Assembly (NCBI GenBank): GCA_040954595.2
Contig: CM082581.2
Span: 6,192,699-6,256,698, forward strand
Direction of reading: 5' to 3'
Source of the DNA: Balanoglossus misakiensis
Taxonomy: Eukaryota; Animalia; Hemichordata
Length of the DNA: 64,000 nt
A model generated the notes under the pieces. The model was not told the origin of the DNA. It did not search any database and saw nothing but the letters and a program-made list of their open reading frames with translations. This document shows positions 25,701 to 48,543 of the stretch, one piece after another (position 1 is the stretch's first letter; each line of letters begins with the position of its first letter). The translations under genes were made by a program, and so were the position numbers.

Positions 25701-28700
25701 TTAAGGAAATTCATACCCCTCAAGAATGAACAGGGATCGGTAGAGCGCGCGTGATAGTTGGTTCATAAATGCCTCCCTTTTGTAATCGCGCTTTCATGAA
25801 TGTCACGCATCCCCCGTCTCTTTAAGTTCCCTAGCTGAATACTCTTTTCACAATCTTGGTGGCAGCACTTATCGTGATGATGCAACTCCCTGTAAACACC
25901 GTGCTAGTTCATCACCCGCGGTGTATTGCAGTCGATGTTGTATACCGCAATCTTCTTCGCTACTCATCCACTAAATTAAACGACATCATCAAGTCTATTG
26001 AAAAAAATATCCATCGTAATCATGATATTGCATTCAGATCTCGAAAAAGACACTTTTGCATGTTTTAATCCGTCTCCTTCACACAGATTGTAATCTGATG
26101 AATGAGATTTAATTTGCTCCAATTATGTTTCATCAATAAAGTTTTGGAGTCCGAATGAAGTGGTTGAAACTGCATTATATACTTCGCTCCTACTGTAATT
26201 TAATTACACAACAGACACGCCGACGTCTTTACCAATTTCGTCGCGTTGCCTCTCAATTTCTTTAATACCTGCAGTATCGTGATATGATATCTTTACAAAA
26301 GTAGCCCCGTTGTTAAAGGTATGTTGTATTTAAATGTAACTGATGACTTCATGTACTATTCAATGATGGAAATATTTATCCCATACATTCCCGCATTTGA
26401 GAGGCTGGTAGCGTAGGCCATTTCGTATAGGTTTTGATATATGCGTGCGAAATTGAAAACAGACTGTATCGTTTGGTTTGATGATCCCCTGATGTACGTG
26501 AGACGACGTAATGTTTCGCTCATAAACCCACGATTTTGCATCTTTAAACCGAGCAAGCTATCGAAAGCACTGGTTCACAGTTCTGGTTCGCGTTACGAGG
26601 TTGGCGCGGTGCGTATCCATTATCACCTGTATTAACACGCGCACACGTTGAAAAAAATGCAAACGCAAGTGAAAAAGAAGGCAGCGACTTTGAGAAATTA
26701 CCGCACTTTTATATTTATTTGATCAGTAAGACGGGAACTACCTCAATGTGATGGATGGTGGCAGTGTTAGGCGATGGGGGAACCATTTTTACGGGGGAGC
26801 ACGATTTTAATGCATACGGTGTCGAGTCGTGACCACTCCATGTCCCCCGCCAAACGAATCAGTGGGGTAAATTCCACATTCTGTAAACCATAAAAGAAAT
26901 ATCTAGGTTTAATAACGAGGTTAATGGGTTTGATAATTAAAAGACCACAGGAACTCCAACAGAATGAGGTTCATGGCATACCAGTAAAATTATGATCTAA
27001 GAATCGCACTTCGGGTGGTTGTTGAGAGATTTTGTTGTTTGCTTGTATCTAGGTATCAGGGTTTACGATTCTGTTCCACCTACCATCTTTTAGCTGTGCC
27101 TCTCCACGGTCTATCAAGGCAAATCAAGCGGTTGTTCAGTAGCAATTGTATTTGCATTAATTTCTCCGTAATCTGTATTAGAAATTTGGTAATAACATGC
27201 AAAAACATAGCTATTGGAACGTTACACATTCATAACCACCGTGATTCCGATTTGCTTTCACATCGATGAACCCTCATGAGAAATTGCCCTCCCAATAAAA
27301 TGTGAAACTTAATCCATTTCAAGTTAGCATTTGAAAATACGATTAGGGTTATAGTATTCAGAGGGCCTCTTGTAGCGAATCGATCAACAACTGCGTTTAT
27401 ACAATTATGTCAAATGAAGTTTCCACGCCACTAACCACCTTAAAATAATGTCCATTGCTCTGGAAATTTCAGTCTGATCAGGGCTGTAATCCCTTCAGGC
27501 GTAGAGTGGGAATAAGGGGCAGTATTGTATAAACCAATATGGCAAGCAATGTGATGCCAACTCTTTAATAATGATGCTATTTTTAAACATAAGCTGGATG
27601 TCTATTTTACGGTCGCAAGAGCGCCATTTCCTCTCACATTCATGCCGTGCATTTAACCGCACATTTAATGTGGACTGGTATCCGGAGCAGCGCGGACAAC
27701 TGAGCGCGCTTGTCACATACATTTCAAGTTGAATATCTGTCTTTCAGTCGGTGTATACCTTAATATCATTTTTGCGACTGGCTTGGGCTACCACTCGGCA
27801 AAAATATTCCCACTTTTGTAGACTTGCACGATTATTCTGATGGCCTATCACCACAAGTTTCGTCTCCGCAAAGCACCCGTGGTTTCCAGTATCACTCACA
27901 AACCAATTAGACTGAAGAGAATACATCACGTGACAAGAATCAACCAATCGACACTTCACAAATCAACAGGTGGTCGACAACCACGCGAAAGAATCTGACG
28001 TCTCAAGTATGAAAGTAAATTAAACCATAGAATATTTAGCACAAACATCTAGTTTTCCCGCAGACGGTGTTGATTTTTCTGGCAACTTTGTTGTCGTGCC
28101 AGCAGTAGACAAAATCGAAGACAGCAGAATCACATGAAGTCGAGCTACAGAAATCGTGAATTCGCAGGTGTTCCCCTCGCGACTTTTTCAGACTGTTCTA
28201 AAAGTCGCAGGTATCAATTACTATGAGTGTTCTGGCAAAATCACGTGCGCACGTAGCCATCAGAAGCAATTATTTGAAACAGGGCAGAACTGTGATTAAA
28301 TGAGGAGAACAGCGTAGGGCACGAGGTTTCCAATCGACTGTGATATGTGCGTGAGACAGCATACAATGGTCGCGAAACTCGCCGTGTTCGGATTTGACAT
28401 AGCGATTGCGCCGGTCATTTTTGACATCTCAAACGTTGCGCCGAGTTGACTCCCGGGTTATTTCGCACATTGTAACTTGACAGGCGAGGAATGCATAGAC
28501 TATTCACCGAATCAGCCGCAAATTAATAATGAAGTGCAACATGCAAATCGGTTTGCGACAGTAGGGTGGGGAGTCCCTGGCCCGGTAATCAGTGTATATT
28601 CACAGTCCGTCTATCACAAATTCTGGCGTTTGGAATACTAGTGCACGTTTTAATTGAAGTCGCTTGGGACTTTGCGAGGGTATTGCATTCAAATTAAGAA

Positions 28701-29537
28701 AAAAACTACTCTTTCCGTCAGATTCTTCCTTTATTCCCATGATTTTTAGAGGTGACGACTGGTCAACCGTGAAAAAGGCGTCGGAAGCCTGTTTATCTGC
28801 GTTTGAAAAGTTGTCTTATCACGAACCTCGCTATACCTTAAATATATCCCGCCTCCTTCCACACTCGCTATTTTTCTCATGGCGACAATCACCTGTATTT
28901 TGTTTCTGTATTCCTCCCACTTGAACCGACGAGCAATTTACTTTGATGGTTTTGCTAATCACTTGAATTTAAAGTCTCTTATTCAGTGAGATAATTAAGT
29001 GACGAAAATCGATCGATCTCGAGTGGGTATACATGTTTTTGTGATCGGTCTGCTTTGGGGAATAATTTCAGCGTACATGACGCGTGTTTCACCCTTGGCG
29101 ACTGGAACAACTGATAACTAGTAAGTTTAGAATTAGAGACAATTCCAATTGTCAGATTTTACCACCAAAAATTTAAAAAGGCACTAAAATGTTATACATC
29201 GGTAAGACTACACCCTTAAAAATATATATCATATATTGTTGATTTTTGAACAGAATAGTAGAATGAAAAAGTATTCTTGCTTGGCATCCAGTCACAAGAA
29301 ATACACAAAATTGACGATGTATTTCACTGTATCAAAGCTAGTATGTCTGGTGCCCAATCTACCCCATCCATTCAATACTGTTATTGATGTTCGCTTTTTT
29401 ATAGGTTTGTTTGTTTTTTTGTAAATTATTGCTTAGTTTTATTGTTTTTGCTTTTGTTTTGTAAACACCAGTATAGCTTATTTCACTCATTGTATTCTCG
29501 CACCTTTCTCTTGTTAATTTCTTTCACAATTGGCTTT

Positions 29538-38753
<9,216 letters not shown>

Positions 38754-39185
38754 CTTGAACTTAGCAAGAGCAACAACCACTCCTTGAGCTAACTGTTGCA
38801 ACGACCTGATGCCGACGATCAGCTGAGCTCGACCTTATGTCCAAGGTCACAGGGAAGATAAGGACAGCATCGCGTCCTCTTTCACGGTAAATAAAATAGA
38901 TCGGTTTTGACGCGATTGTCTTCTGTTAAAAATACAGGTGAAATAATATTAAAATCACACATTGGTATAACAAATAACACTCTTTGCTTTTACATATGCT
39001 TAGCATCATTATACAGTGAGATCTTAACGTTTTTTTGTTATTTTCGACTATTTGCTCGCACCGGAGGCTGGGTAGCGACTGGCAATATGGCTGCGCCCAT
39101 GGCGGGAAGACCGAGTTAGAGAACCAAGAAAGTATTTTCAAAACCAGTACCTTTCTCCACTTTACTGATAACTCCATTTACGGAA
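38754..39185. promoter_or_regulatory. Bidirectional promoter / 5' UTR region shared by ALLC and NUP107
   Basis: Only 432 bp separate the two divergent ATGs. YY1-like ATGGC motifs at 39084-39105; CCAAGGTCA nuclear-receptor half-site near 38841-38849. Confidence 0.65.
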
Positions 39186-42100
39186 ATGCAGTCGGACAGG
39201 GGAAGCAGGTGAGAAAAATGGCAAATTTATCTCTCTGCGCTGTATTACCTTGCGTACGTTTGAACGGTCATATCATGATCATGGATGAAAACACAAACAC
39301 CATGTAGTAGTGGTTCTAGGTTGAGGCACCTGTGCGTTCATTTGGTGAAAATACAATAATTGTGGCCGGGACGTGATGTTAGGCCTACGGTAAGGCTGCT
39401 ACAGTGCTACAGGACATGTGTTTATAGCTCACGCAGAGCTGGTTAGCCCATAGCTACATGGTAACCGTAACGCAGTGCAGCTGTGTCTGTGGGGGTAATC
39501 ACCCCCCCCCCCCCCACCACAACGGTACAGCTGCGTTACCACAGCTAGTTAGCCCATGGTTAGCCTTAGCTCTGCGTGACAGGGCTGTGGGTCTTACGAC
39601 GAAGAATATTTTGTTATTATTGCACATTCGAATTGTCATCTTGACATGTCTCTTCTCTCTTGTTGATGCTGGTTTCCACATTCCAGGCCAACGTTTGGCG
39701 TGATGGAGGAGTCTCCTGTCGTCAGAGAGCAGATGCAAAGCAGAGCTCTGAGAAGTTCCAACGTTCAGAGAAGTATCCTTTACAAAAATAATCATTGACA
39801 TTCCACAAAAACAGAATATGAGATTCTCGCTTACTATTATAGGTGCATCTATCATCACGGTAAATCTGCCTATTAACAGTACCTCTGTACATGTAGCATT
39901 CATACGTATAGAGTTAGTCGGAGTATTGAAGCTCCCCGGTGGGCAGTTGCTATATACAGATATTCATTTAAAAGGGTTAATATATTGAAAAGCACAGCAT
40001 CAGTGAGGCTGCAATTCTTCAAGTATACAAAATTCACTTTTTATGAGTACAGGTAAAGTCTTTTTAGAAGCCTTAACAATCTCCAAAGCTCTTGGAATCT
40101 TCAGCATGGCCACGACACCGGGAAGTCTCCTGCGCACCACCAAGACACCAGTTCGACAACTTAAACACAGCTCGTGTAAGTTTTGCCTGTCCAGTATCCA
40201 CTGATTTTATGTCAGATCTGTAACTAGCAGACAGAGAGAAATGTGATAGGAACAGTACCCAAATCACGGTTTTAGTCGACGAGGAATCCCTATATACCTT
40301 TCATTCTGTATTCACCGTCATATTATTTGCATCTTTCACTTCAGATACACCGAAAACAGTTAAAGCGACCTCCCACTTTGATGTGTCGTCCTCGCTTGGC
40401 ATGACGCCGTCCAACAGGTCCTTGCGAACACCCAGCATGGCGCCATCACCTAACCTGTCAATGGTAAGGGGCTCGAAAGTCAGAGAGTTTCGGGGGGAGG
40501 TGTGCAGGAGTGTGCGATTTGTTGTCTTTGGGCTTTGGTATGGTTAGTTCAACAAGGGTGTAGTGTTACAGCACGGTATGATTTTAAATGTTTGTTTTTG
40601 GTGCGTCATAAGTTATACTGACAGTCTTTGAGCATATAAATCTTGAACTAGTGTACACTTTCACCTGAAATAAAGTTTGGTGATATTTCCTTCTGTTCTT
40701 TGATCTACCATGATTTTCCAGACTGCTATGTTTGACCAGACGGTGCCTTTCTTTGGTCAAACTCCACGGAAGTCGATGCTGATGGGACAGCTGGATGCAT
40801 CTGGCCTAGAAGAGGGTGATATCACAATGACATCCAACTTGCTCATGGAAGATGATCCGGCCATTGCTGGTTAGTACGCAATTAATGCATTTATAATTAA
40901 TTATTTAATTATTTAATTAATTATCCTGGTTGACTAAGCCGTGTACAGACAGTAACTAACAAATTGACCCTACCAATGTTAATTGAATACCCATCTTTTT
41001 AACCTTAGCCACAGCGGGACTGTTTGATGAGTTCTTGGAGTGTTACCGAAGACACCCGTCTTCCAATCAAGTCTTTGAGCTGGTGTCGGAGTATGAGAAG
41101 ACCTGCTCCGATCAAATACTGCTCCTGGAGAAACTGGTGAAAAAATCCACTCCTGGACAAAAAAAGTAAGTCCTTGGCAGAGAGAATGGGAAGCAGTTGT
41201 ATTTTTAAGAATACTCCACGACTGACATGTGTGCCAGATAATTAGCCTGATCAAGCATCAAGAAGGAATTTGTATTCATAAGCGTACCAGCTGACTGGTT
41301 TTGTCACATTTCATATCGACAGGTTTTCTCGCACTCAGGAAGTGCTGAACATCCTGACGCAGGAGCGAAACACCTGGAGACTGTTGGGCAGTCTGTACCA
41401 GGACAGGCTGCAGTCAGCAGAGTCCATGGAAGAGGAGAATTTTATCACGGAGACCCTGGTGAGTAGACAGGTGTTGGAAATCAATGGGGAGGCAAAACGT
41501 AACTGTAGGTCCACTTTAACTGAAATATTATCATTCTCGTTGATCCATTGGTGTCTTATGTTTCTTTGCCCACAGGAGAAAAATTTGAGCGAGAAGCAGC
41601 TAGTTGACGCCTTGTTTTCCAGGGACTCGTACACGCGGCAGAACCAAGTGGTCATTGATTGGCTGGAGCGAAATTCAGCCGACCAGTTAGAGGACTACTA
41701 TGACAAAGTGGAGTTCTATTCGCAGACTGTCAGTTGGTGAGTGTCAAGAGTATAGGCGGTGGTGGTCAAAAGCTTAATTCTCACAAGGGCAATTTTTCTT
41801 GTGTGTCTGTCCAGTAAACTTGAAACCATGTTGTTTCAAGGTCTGATAAACTTATTTCAGGTAGCTATTAAAGTTCAAAGTTGACGAATCAAACATTTTC
41901 TGCATATAAATTTTTGTATACAAAGTAGCAGGATTGACCCAGACTTCAGCCAATAAAACAGTCAGTCACACTTGTTATTCTCGACTCAATTGCACTATTA
42001 TTGCAGGGAGAATACACTACACGCCCTGCAGCAGAAGAGAAGCGGAAATCCCTCCATTCCGGACAGACCCATGGTGACTTCCATGGATCCGGATGCACCT

Positions 42101-45100
42101 ATCCGACAAGGAAAGTCCTTGGCAGACCTGGATAAGGTATTTTTCTTCCGTTTTCTCAACAACAACAAAACCCAGTATTAACATATAGTTGGAAGAGTAA
42201 TTGTTTCTGTCAACACAAAGTTACAGCATGGCCAGATTTGACGATAGCTGCATAAATGGTTGATGGAGAAAATGCATTTCCAAAAGAACCCATGACTTTC
42301 TCTCTTTAATCCAGGAGGACGAGTTGCGACTGCTGCGTTACATGTTCGCCTACATCCGTGCCGGGCAGCTGGAGGAGGCGCAGAGACTCTGCCGGAAGTT
42401 GGGTCAGGCGTGGAGGGCAGCCACGTTGGAGGGCTGGAAGATGTACCATGATCCGAACGTGGCGGGAGGTGAGATTGAGTTTTGTCATATTTTTTTCATT
42501 TCCCCTCTTGACTTGATAACATTGCTCTTATAACCGACAATTCAATTATATCAATCACCACATCTTCAAAGACTTGCACAAATAACCAAGAGTGACATGG
42601 AAGGGTTTATCTTTATCTGTATTATTTTTTTTCTCACCAGTATCTGCAACAGGCGAGTTGAAAGCCGTGGAAGGCAACCCACACCGAGATATATGGAAAG
42701 CCGTGTGTTGGAGAATGTCTCAAGAGGAACAGTTTCACCCGCATGAGAAAGCAATCTATGCTGTACTCAGTGGAAATCTGAAAGAGGTGAGGGGCAGCGT
42801 ACCTCCTAAGAAAATTTGTCATGTTACTTGTGAATGAGTAGGACTGATGCAGAATATTTAACGTATGTGCATATTTATGCACATGCCTTCTGTTGGGCAC
42901 AGTCCATTCCAACAGCAAGATCAATATTTTTTCCATGTTTTTCCTAACCAGCTGCTGCCCATCTGTGAACACTGGGAAGACTTTCTGTGGGCGTACTACA
43001 AAGTCATGGTCGACATGAGAGTGGAACAAGAAATACGTACTTACTTCAACAACAAACCCATGGAAGCGCTGCCCTCTTCATATTGGGTGAAAAAGTAAGT
43101 AAAAACTGTTCTTGATTTGGGAACGTTTCTCACAAATTTGTAGTTCGAGTTATTTCGAGTTTACAAAACTTCTATTGTGGCTTGGGTATTTTGCTAAGAA
43201 AGAGGAATATATTGCTTTATATTGATGACACTCAGTTTTAAAAGATGAAGAATTTACATTGGAGATTTGAAATCTCTCCCAACAAATATCAAGCCATCTG
43301 CATGTACTATAGCGTGTCTGTATTTCTGTTATTTCAGTTTGACACCAGAGACTATATTTTTGGAGTTGCAAGCCTATCCCAATGAGGTGAGTTTTTAGAA
43401 GATTTGAAGATGAAATATTAAGATTTTGTTGTTCAATGCTATAAAACAGTACATAACTCTTAAACTAGTAGAAATAAGGGATATCTAATCTGCTTATATT
43501 GTCTAATTATTTTTTCAGACAGTTCAAATGCAGTCCAAGCAACCATTCCATGTCATTCAGAAATATATTATACTTGGTGATGTTGATGGTAAGATTTGAC
43601 ATTTTATGATCAATTTATTGATAATGAATTTTTCATCACAATCCTTCCAAATATAAAAGGGAATTCACTTTTCATATGTAAATAAATCTTGTATGATTGT
43701 ATTATGTGTATAATACAACAATGTGCATAAAAGTTTTGAGATAGTTTTAATAATTTTTTTCTTCATCTTTGGTTTTATTCTCAGGGTTGATTGAGGAAAT
43801 GAACGACTGGCTTCATAGTACAGTGTTGCGTTCATCGCGTCATTTGATACGTTGTATTGCGCATGTTGTGCTGTTCTTCCGATCGGTCGGCCTACAGACC
43901 AAGGAGGAACTGTGCACTGCCATATTGGAAGCTTACGTTAGGGTAAGACCATTTACTGAGATGTTGAACTGCTAAATAAATTCTCCTGTGAATGTAAAAC
44001 TTAATAATACTACTTTTCATACAAAATTTGCCCAGAAAAATGTTTAAAATGAAATCATATCTTTAGTTACATCACATAACCGTTTTTACTGCCAGGATCT
44101 GATTGAAGACAAGAACACAGCTTTAGTTGCCACCTACACAGCCACACTGCCACCCGCCATGCAGATCACTTGCTATGCAAGGTTCCTGGAAGGTAGGCAG
44201 AAGTTCATCCATTGCTTGGTTACTGTAGGCATAGGCCCATGTGCTTCAGTTTGTTGTGTAGAAGAAGTCTGTCATCGGCAGCGTGGTGATATTTGTATTT
44301 TTAGAGCAATTTTTGCGGTTTTTATTTTTTTAAATCTTCTTTGAAACCACTGGTCTGATTGCTTTGATTTACGGATCGCAGTCATGTGAAGCATCATTCG
44401 CCACAGTGTCTTAGAGGTGGATGGAAACATAATCATCACTCCCTTGATCATTGCAGGTATCAATGAAAAAGAACAGAGACAACTTTGTCTGCAACTAGCA
44501 GAAGAAGCTGGTAAGTTTCTTTCCATTGTGGCTACAGGTTTTGTCTTGTCTGAAGTCCTTCCTTTAGAAGTACCCAGATACACGTTCTTTAGATGTGTGT
44601 TACTCGGTACAGTGGGTCTCACACTCCTCTATTCTTTGATTTGACAGGTTTAGACATTCCGACCATCACAAAGACAGTAGTTGAGAACATCAGGACACGA
44701 GACGATGGAGACGGTAACTTGGAAAGCAAGCTGACACCTGCAAGCGAAGCGGCCTTGTCAGAGGTACTTGTAATACAGTGTGCCATGTTTTGTCAGGTCC
44801 CATTTGGTATGTATATATACCAGTGGGACCACCTTATGAGATTAGTTGCATCTTGTCTGTGTGTATGGATGTCTGTATGTTTTTGGTGTTGCATTCCTTG
44901 GACAAGACACCATAAGAGGCAAAATTTGAGAATCTTATTTTATCATTATATATATACATGTACCTAAAAATTGTTAGCTTAAATGTTACAGTCAATCACA
45001 ACAGAGAAGCTCCTCATCTTAACTCATTGTTGTACATGTAACATCACCATCACCAGTGCTTGAAGTCTGAAATGTCTCTGTTTAAACAGGAGGATAGGCA

Positions 45101-47303
45101 CAAGATAGCAGCCATTGATTGGCTGGTCTTCGATCAATCACAGAGAGCGGAAGCCCTGAAACAGAGCAATGCTGTCATGCGCACATTCCTAGGTGAGAAA
45201 TAGTTTTCAGGTCTCCTCTCATGTGTACAGAATAGATTAATAGAGTTGATCAATTAGTGAAAGAAATGAAAAAGTCAAATGGCCCCCTCTGCTCTCTGGC
45301 CAATTAACCCTTGATTCAGGTCATAATATAAAATATTAGAATCAAAACTTGGCTTTGCTTATATCACCCTCATGTGTAGCCACCAAGAAGCTGAAAGCAG
45401 CAAGGGAAGTTTTCAACAAGATTCCCGGCGATTCCATCGATGTCATCATGAGGAACTGGCAGGCCCAAGCCAGTATGACCCCGTTGCCACCAGAAGATGC
45501 CAATGCAGTCAGAGAGTATTTCTGCATCAAGGCGTACTTGGTAAGACTCTTCTGTGATTTTACCTTCGTCCAGGCCGAGGTCAGCATTCTACACAGGGAT
45601 ACTTCATAGCACCAAGACTAATTAGCATGATTTATTTACAAGCGATAACATATGAGACTGTAAAATCCATGTCCTGTGATTGGAAAAATCTCAAAAAATA
45701 CATCGACTTGGGAAAAAAAATACATTGACTATTTGTGATACTTTGCGTAAACTAACACAGGCAATTATTTCATTCCACCATAGAATGCCCATGATGTGTT
45801 CAATGACTGGTTCGAGCACTACCACAACGCAGCGCCACCAAAGCCTGTAGTCCCACCGTCGGCAACTTTCCAAGAGCGGGTCAAATACGAACATGATTTC
45901 AAGCAATATGAGGTGAGCAAGAGTTTTCGCATTGACTGCTGCAAGGTGTGGCTAATTAGGACATGGTTAATTAGCATGTGCCTGGTGACCAGGAAAATTG
46001 GGTGGCCAGTTGTTGTTAAATACACTTAGCCAGCTATGACAACATTTGTGCCATTTTTGGAAGGCAGTTTATGCATACTAATCAGTTGATTTGCATATTA
46101 CCACGCAGCAAGAAGTTGAGAGGTGGCAGTACTCCCTAAGTATACAGAGCAAAGCTGTAGTGGACAGCATCTATAACATCCTCCTGTTTCCGGATGGTGG
46201 GTGGATGGTTGACCAGCAAGAGGTAGGTGGAAGAAGTTAGAAATTCTTGAAGCAAGAAAAGTAAATGTAGCAATGGAGATGACAAGGAAAATGTAGAGTC
46301 CCATTTAACTTTCCATCATGTCAACAGGAAAAGTCATTCCCTTGACACTTTTTTTTTTGGTTTCATGTGAGGGGTTATTTGTCTTTTACATACATGTAGT
46401 TAAACACCCAATCTTCACTTATTAGAGTGTATTTCACATCATGTATATGTATAAGCTCATGGGCATTACACGTCAATTCTTCACTGGTGAAAATTTTAGT
46501 ATGTGCCATCAAAGTATTCCGATATGTACAATCACAAAATTAAAGTTTGAAACGATCATGTTCTCTTCAACTGTACTTCTGTGAGATGTTATTTCATTAC
46601 AATTACATATGATTTAACATTTCTCTCTCTCGCCTCTCCAGGAAGAACAGTACGACGAGGGCCGAGCTCACCAAATGGATCTACTGAGACAACTTTGCCT
46701 GCCGTCGCTGTGTTTCTTGTTGCACTCAGTTCTACACAGCACAAAGCAATACAAGGAATCCATACAGCTGGCAGACGTCATAGCCGACGAACAGCACCAA
46801 CTTTACAGGGTGAGACATACTTGAACACTTACCCAGTTAGCAGTGAAATTTGGTCCTGCCCCATTGCGTTCAACAGGGAGTCGACACCCATGTACGCAGA
46901 AGGGATGAAATTGTTAATTTGCGTCACTGATACGCAATGCTTTGAGTTGTTTTATCGCAAATTATCTTTAAAAATTTAAGAGTCAACAGTTGCTGTGTTG
47001 TGATGTAAAATTATTTTTTGTTCTAAAATGTCCATATCAATATAGCTGTTCATATCACAATGTTAATTGCCAGCATTTTGCTGATCGCTTATTGGCAAAA
47101 CATCACTCTCTTGGTAGAATTGCATTGTTTTACAGCTGATGGTTAAGCAATGCATAAGGTTGGCAGTATACAAATCTAATCTGTACATTTCTCCTTGTGA
47201 TTGACAGGTTTTCCGCCAGGAAGAAATTCAGAGGTTGCTGCAGCTGATCAGAGATTCCTCCCTTCAGCTCCTCGACCACAATATGGACCCACTGGGATAT
47301 TAG
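39186..47303 (+). CDS. NUP107: Nuclear pore complex protein Nup107 (Nup84/Nup107 family), 24 exons
   Basis: Approximate exons 39186-39208, 39687-39772, 40089-40175, 40345-40463, 40722-40869, 41009-41166, 41323-41458, 41576-41736, 42007-42136, 42315-42468, 42641-42786, 42952-43094, 43338-43386, 43519-43588, 43785-43942, 44096-44192, 44457-44510, 44648-44763, 45090-45192, 45380-45540, 45784-45912, 46108-46221, 46642-46809, 47208-47303. Peptides match vertebrate NUP107: [84 protein letters not shown]-stop. Confidence 0.97.
39773..40088 (+). other. U12-type (minor spliceosome) GT-AG intron, NUP107 intron 2
   Basis: 5' splice site GTATCCTTT (39773-39781). Branch site CCTTAAC (40071-40077) about 11 nt before the AG at 40087-40088, with no polypyrimidine tract. 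Splicing here keeps the NUP107 frame open. Confidence 0.88.
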
Positions 47304-48387
47304 AGGAGAGGTGATAAAATACGTTTTACCACCACCCTGTCCCTATTTATCTGGATATGGAATCATCCGTTCCATTTTAGAAACATTTGGACCAAACCAA
47401 ATCATGGCGGCATAAGGGTTGACCCTTTAAAGTGCTGTAATTGACTTAAAACCTGTTGCTTTCAAATGACAGGGTTTGATCCATAAGTGAAAAAAGGTGC
47501 AGTTCATATCATTGATTTTGCAGGCATGCATGCAACCAAGATCTTTCCATTTAACATGATTTCCAGATATGGGCTCCAAATCATATGATCAGTTCAGTTG
47601 TATTGAAACTGATGTTTACTCTTAACAGAAACACAACAAATACAATCACTTGGGCATAGAGGAATTTGAAATTATTTTATATCATTTGCACCATGTTTGC
47701 TTCATCCTCAAGCTGTATTTTTGTATGACAATAAAATGTTATATAAAATGATATTGTTGATGTAGTTGTGATTAGAGTTATGAAAAGTGTAAGGGATTTT
47801 GGCCTTAAATCTCCCTTGAGTTTTTCGCCCACCATTATCAATGTTATTGTCGCTGTGTATCCATATGGACCCCCCTTCTTTCCACACACATGTGTATGGG
47901 TCTCATCCATGTTACATGAATCCATCCAGACACCTTGCAATCTAAAAAGTGGGAAACTTGACAGTATTTTGTGGGCAACAAAATGTAAAGAGCTGCAGCT
48001 AATGATCAAACAGCAATCCAGCAGTTTGATATCACGGTCTCTTTTAGATATTAAACATGGAATGGATTTTGTATGTGTGTGGTTGCAGCGTACCTAATTG
48101 GAATCACCAAAGCTCTTCATGGCGCTTGACAGTATTCAAACAGGCCAGAGATAATTCACTTCGGTTGCCATAGCAAATTCCCGACTGTTTTTGATTTGCT
48201 CTTCCCACTCCATGGATAATTCCAAACATACACTTTGTGGGGGGAGACCGAAGCCATAAGTGACCAGACTCGGCCAATCCACTGTAGGGAACGGGATATG
48301 CACCCCAAGTCTGATGAAAATGAAATATTCCTGGTGGCACAAAAAGTCCAGTTGTTGGCATGCAATCAGAAGAACATCACAGACAAC

Positions 48388-48463
48388 ATGAAAGGTAGGA
48401 TTTTTGTCCTGTCATAAACGTGAGTTTGTATGTGTTTCAGTGCTCGTTCAAAAAGTATGATTG

Positions 48464-48543
<80 letters not shown>

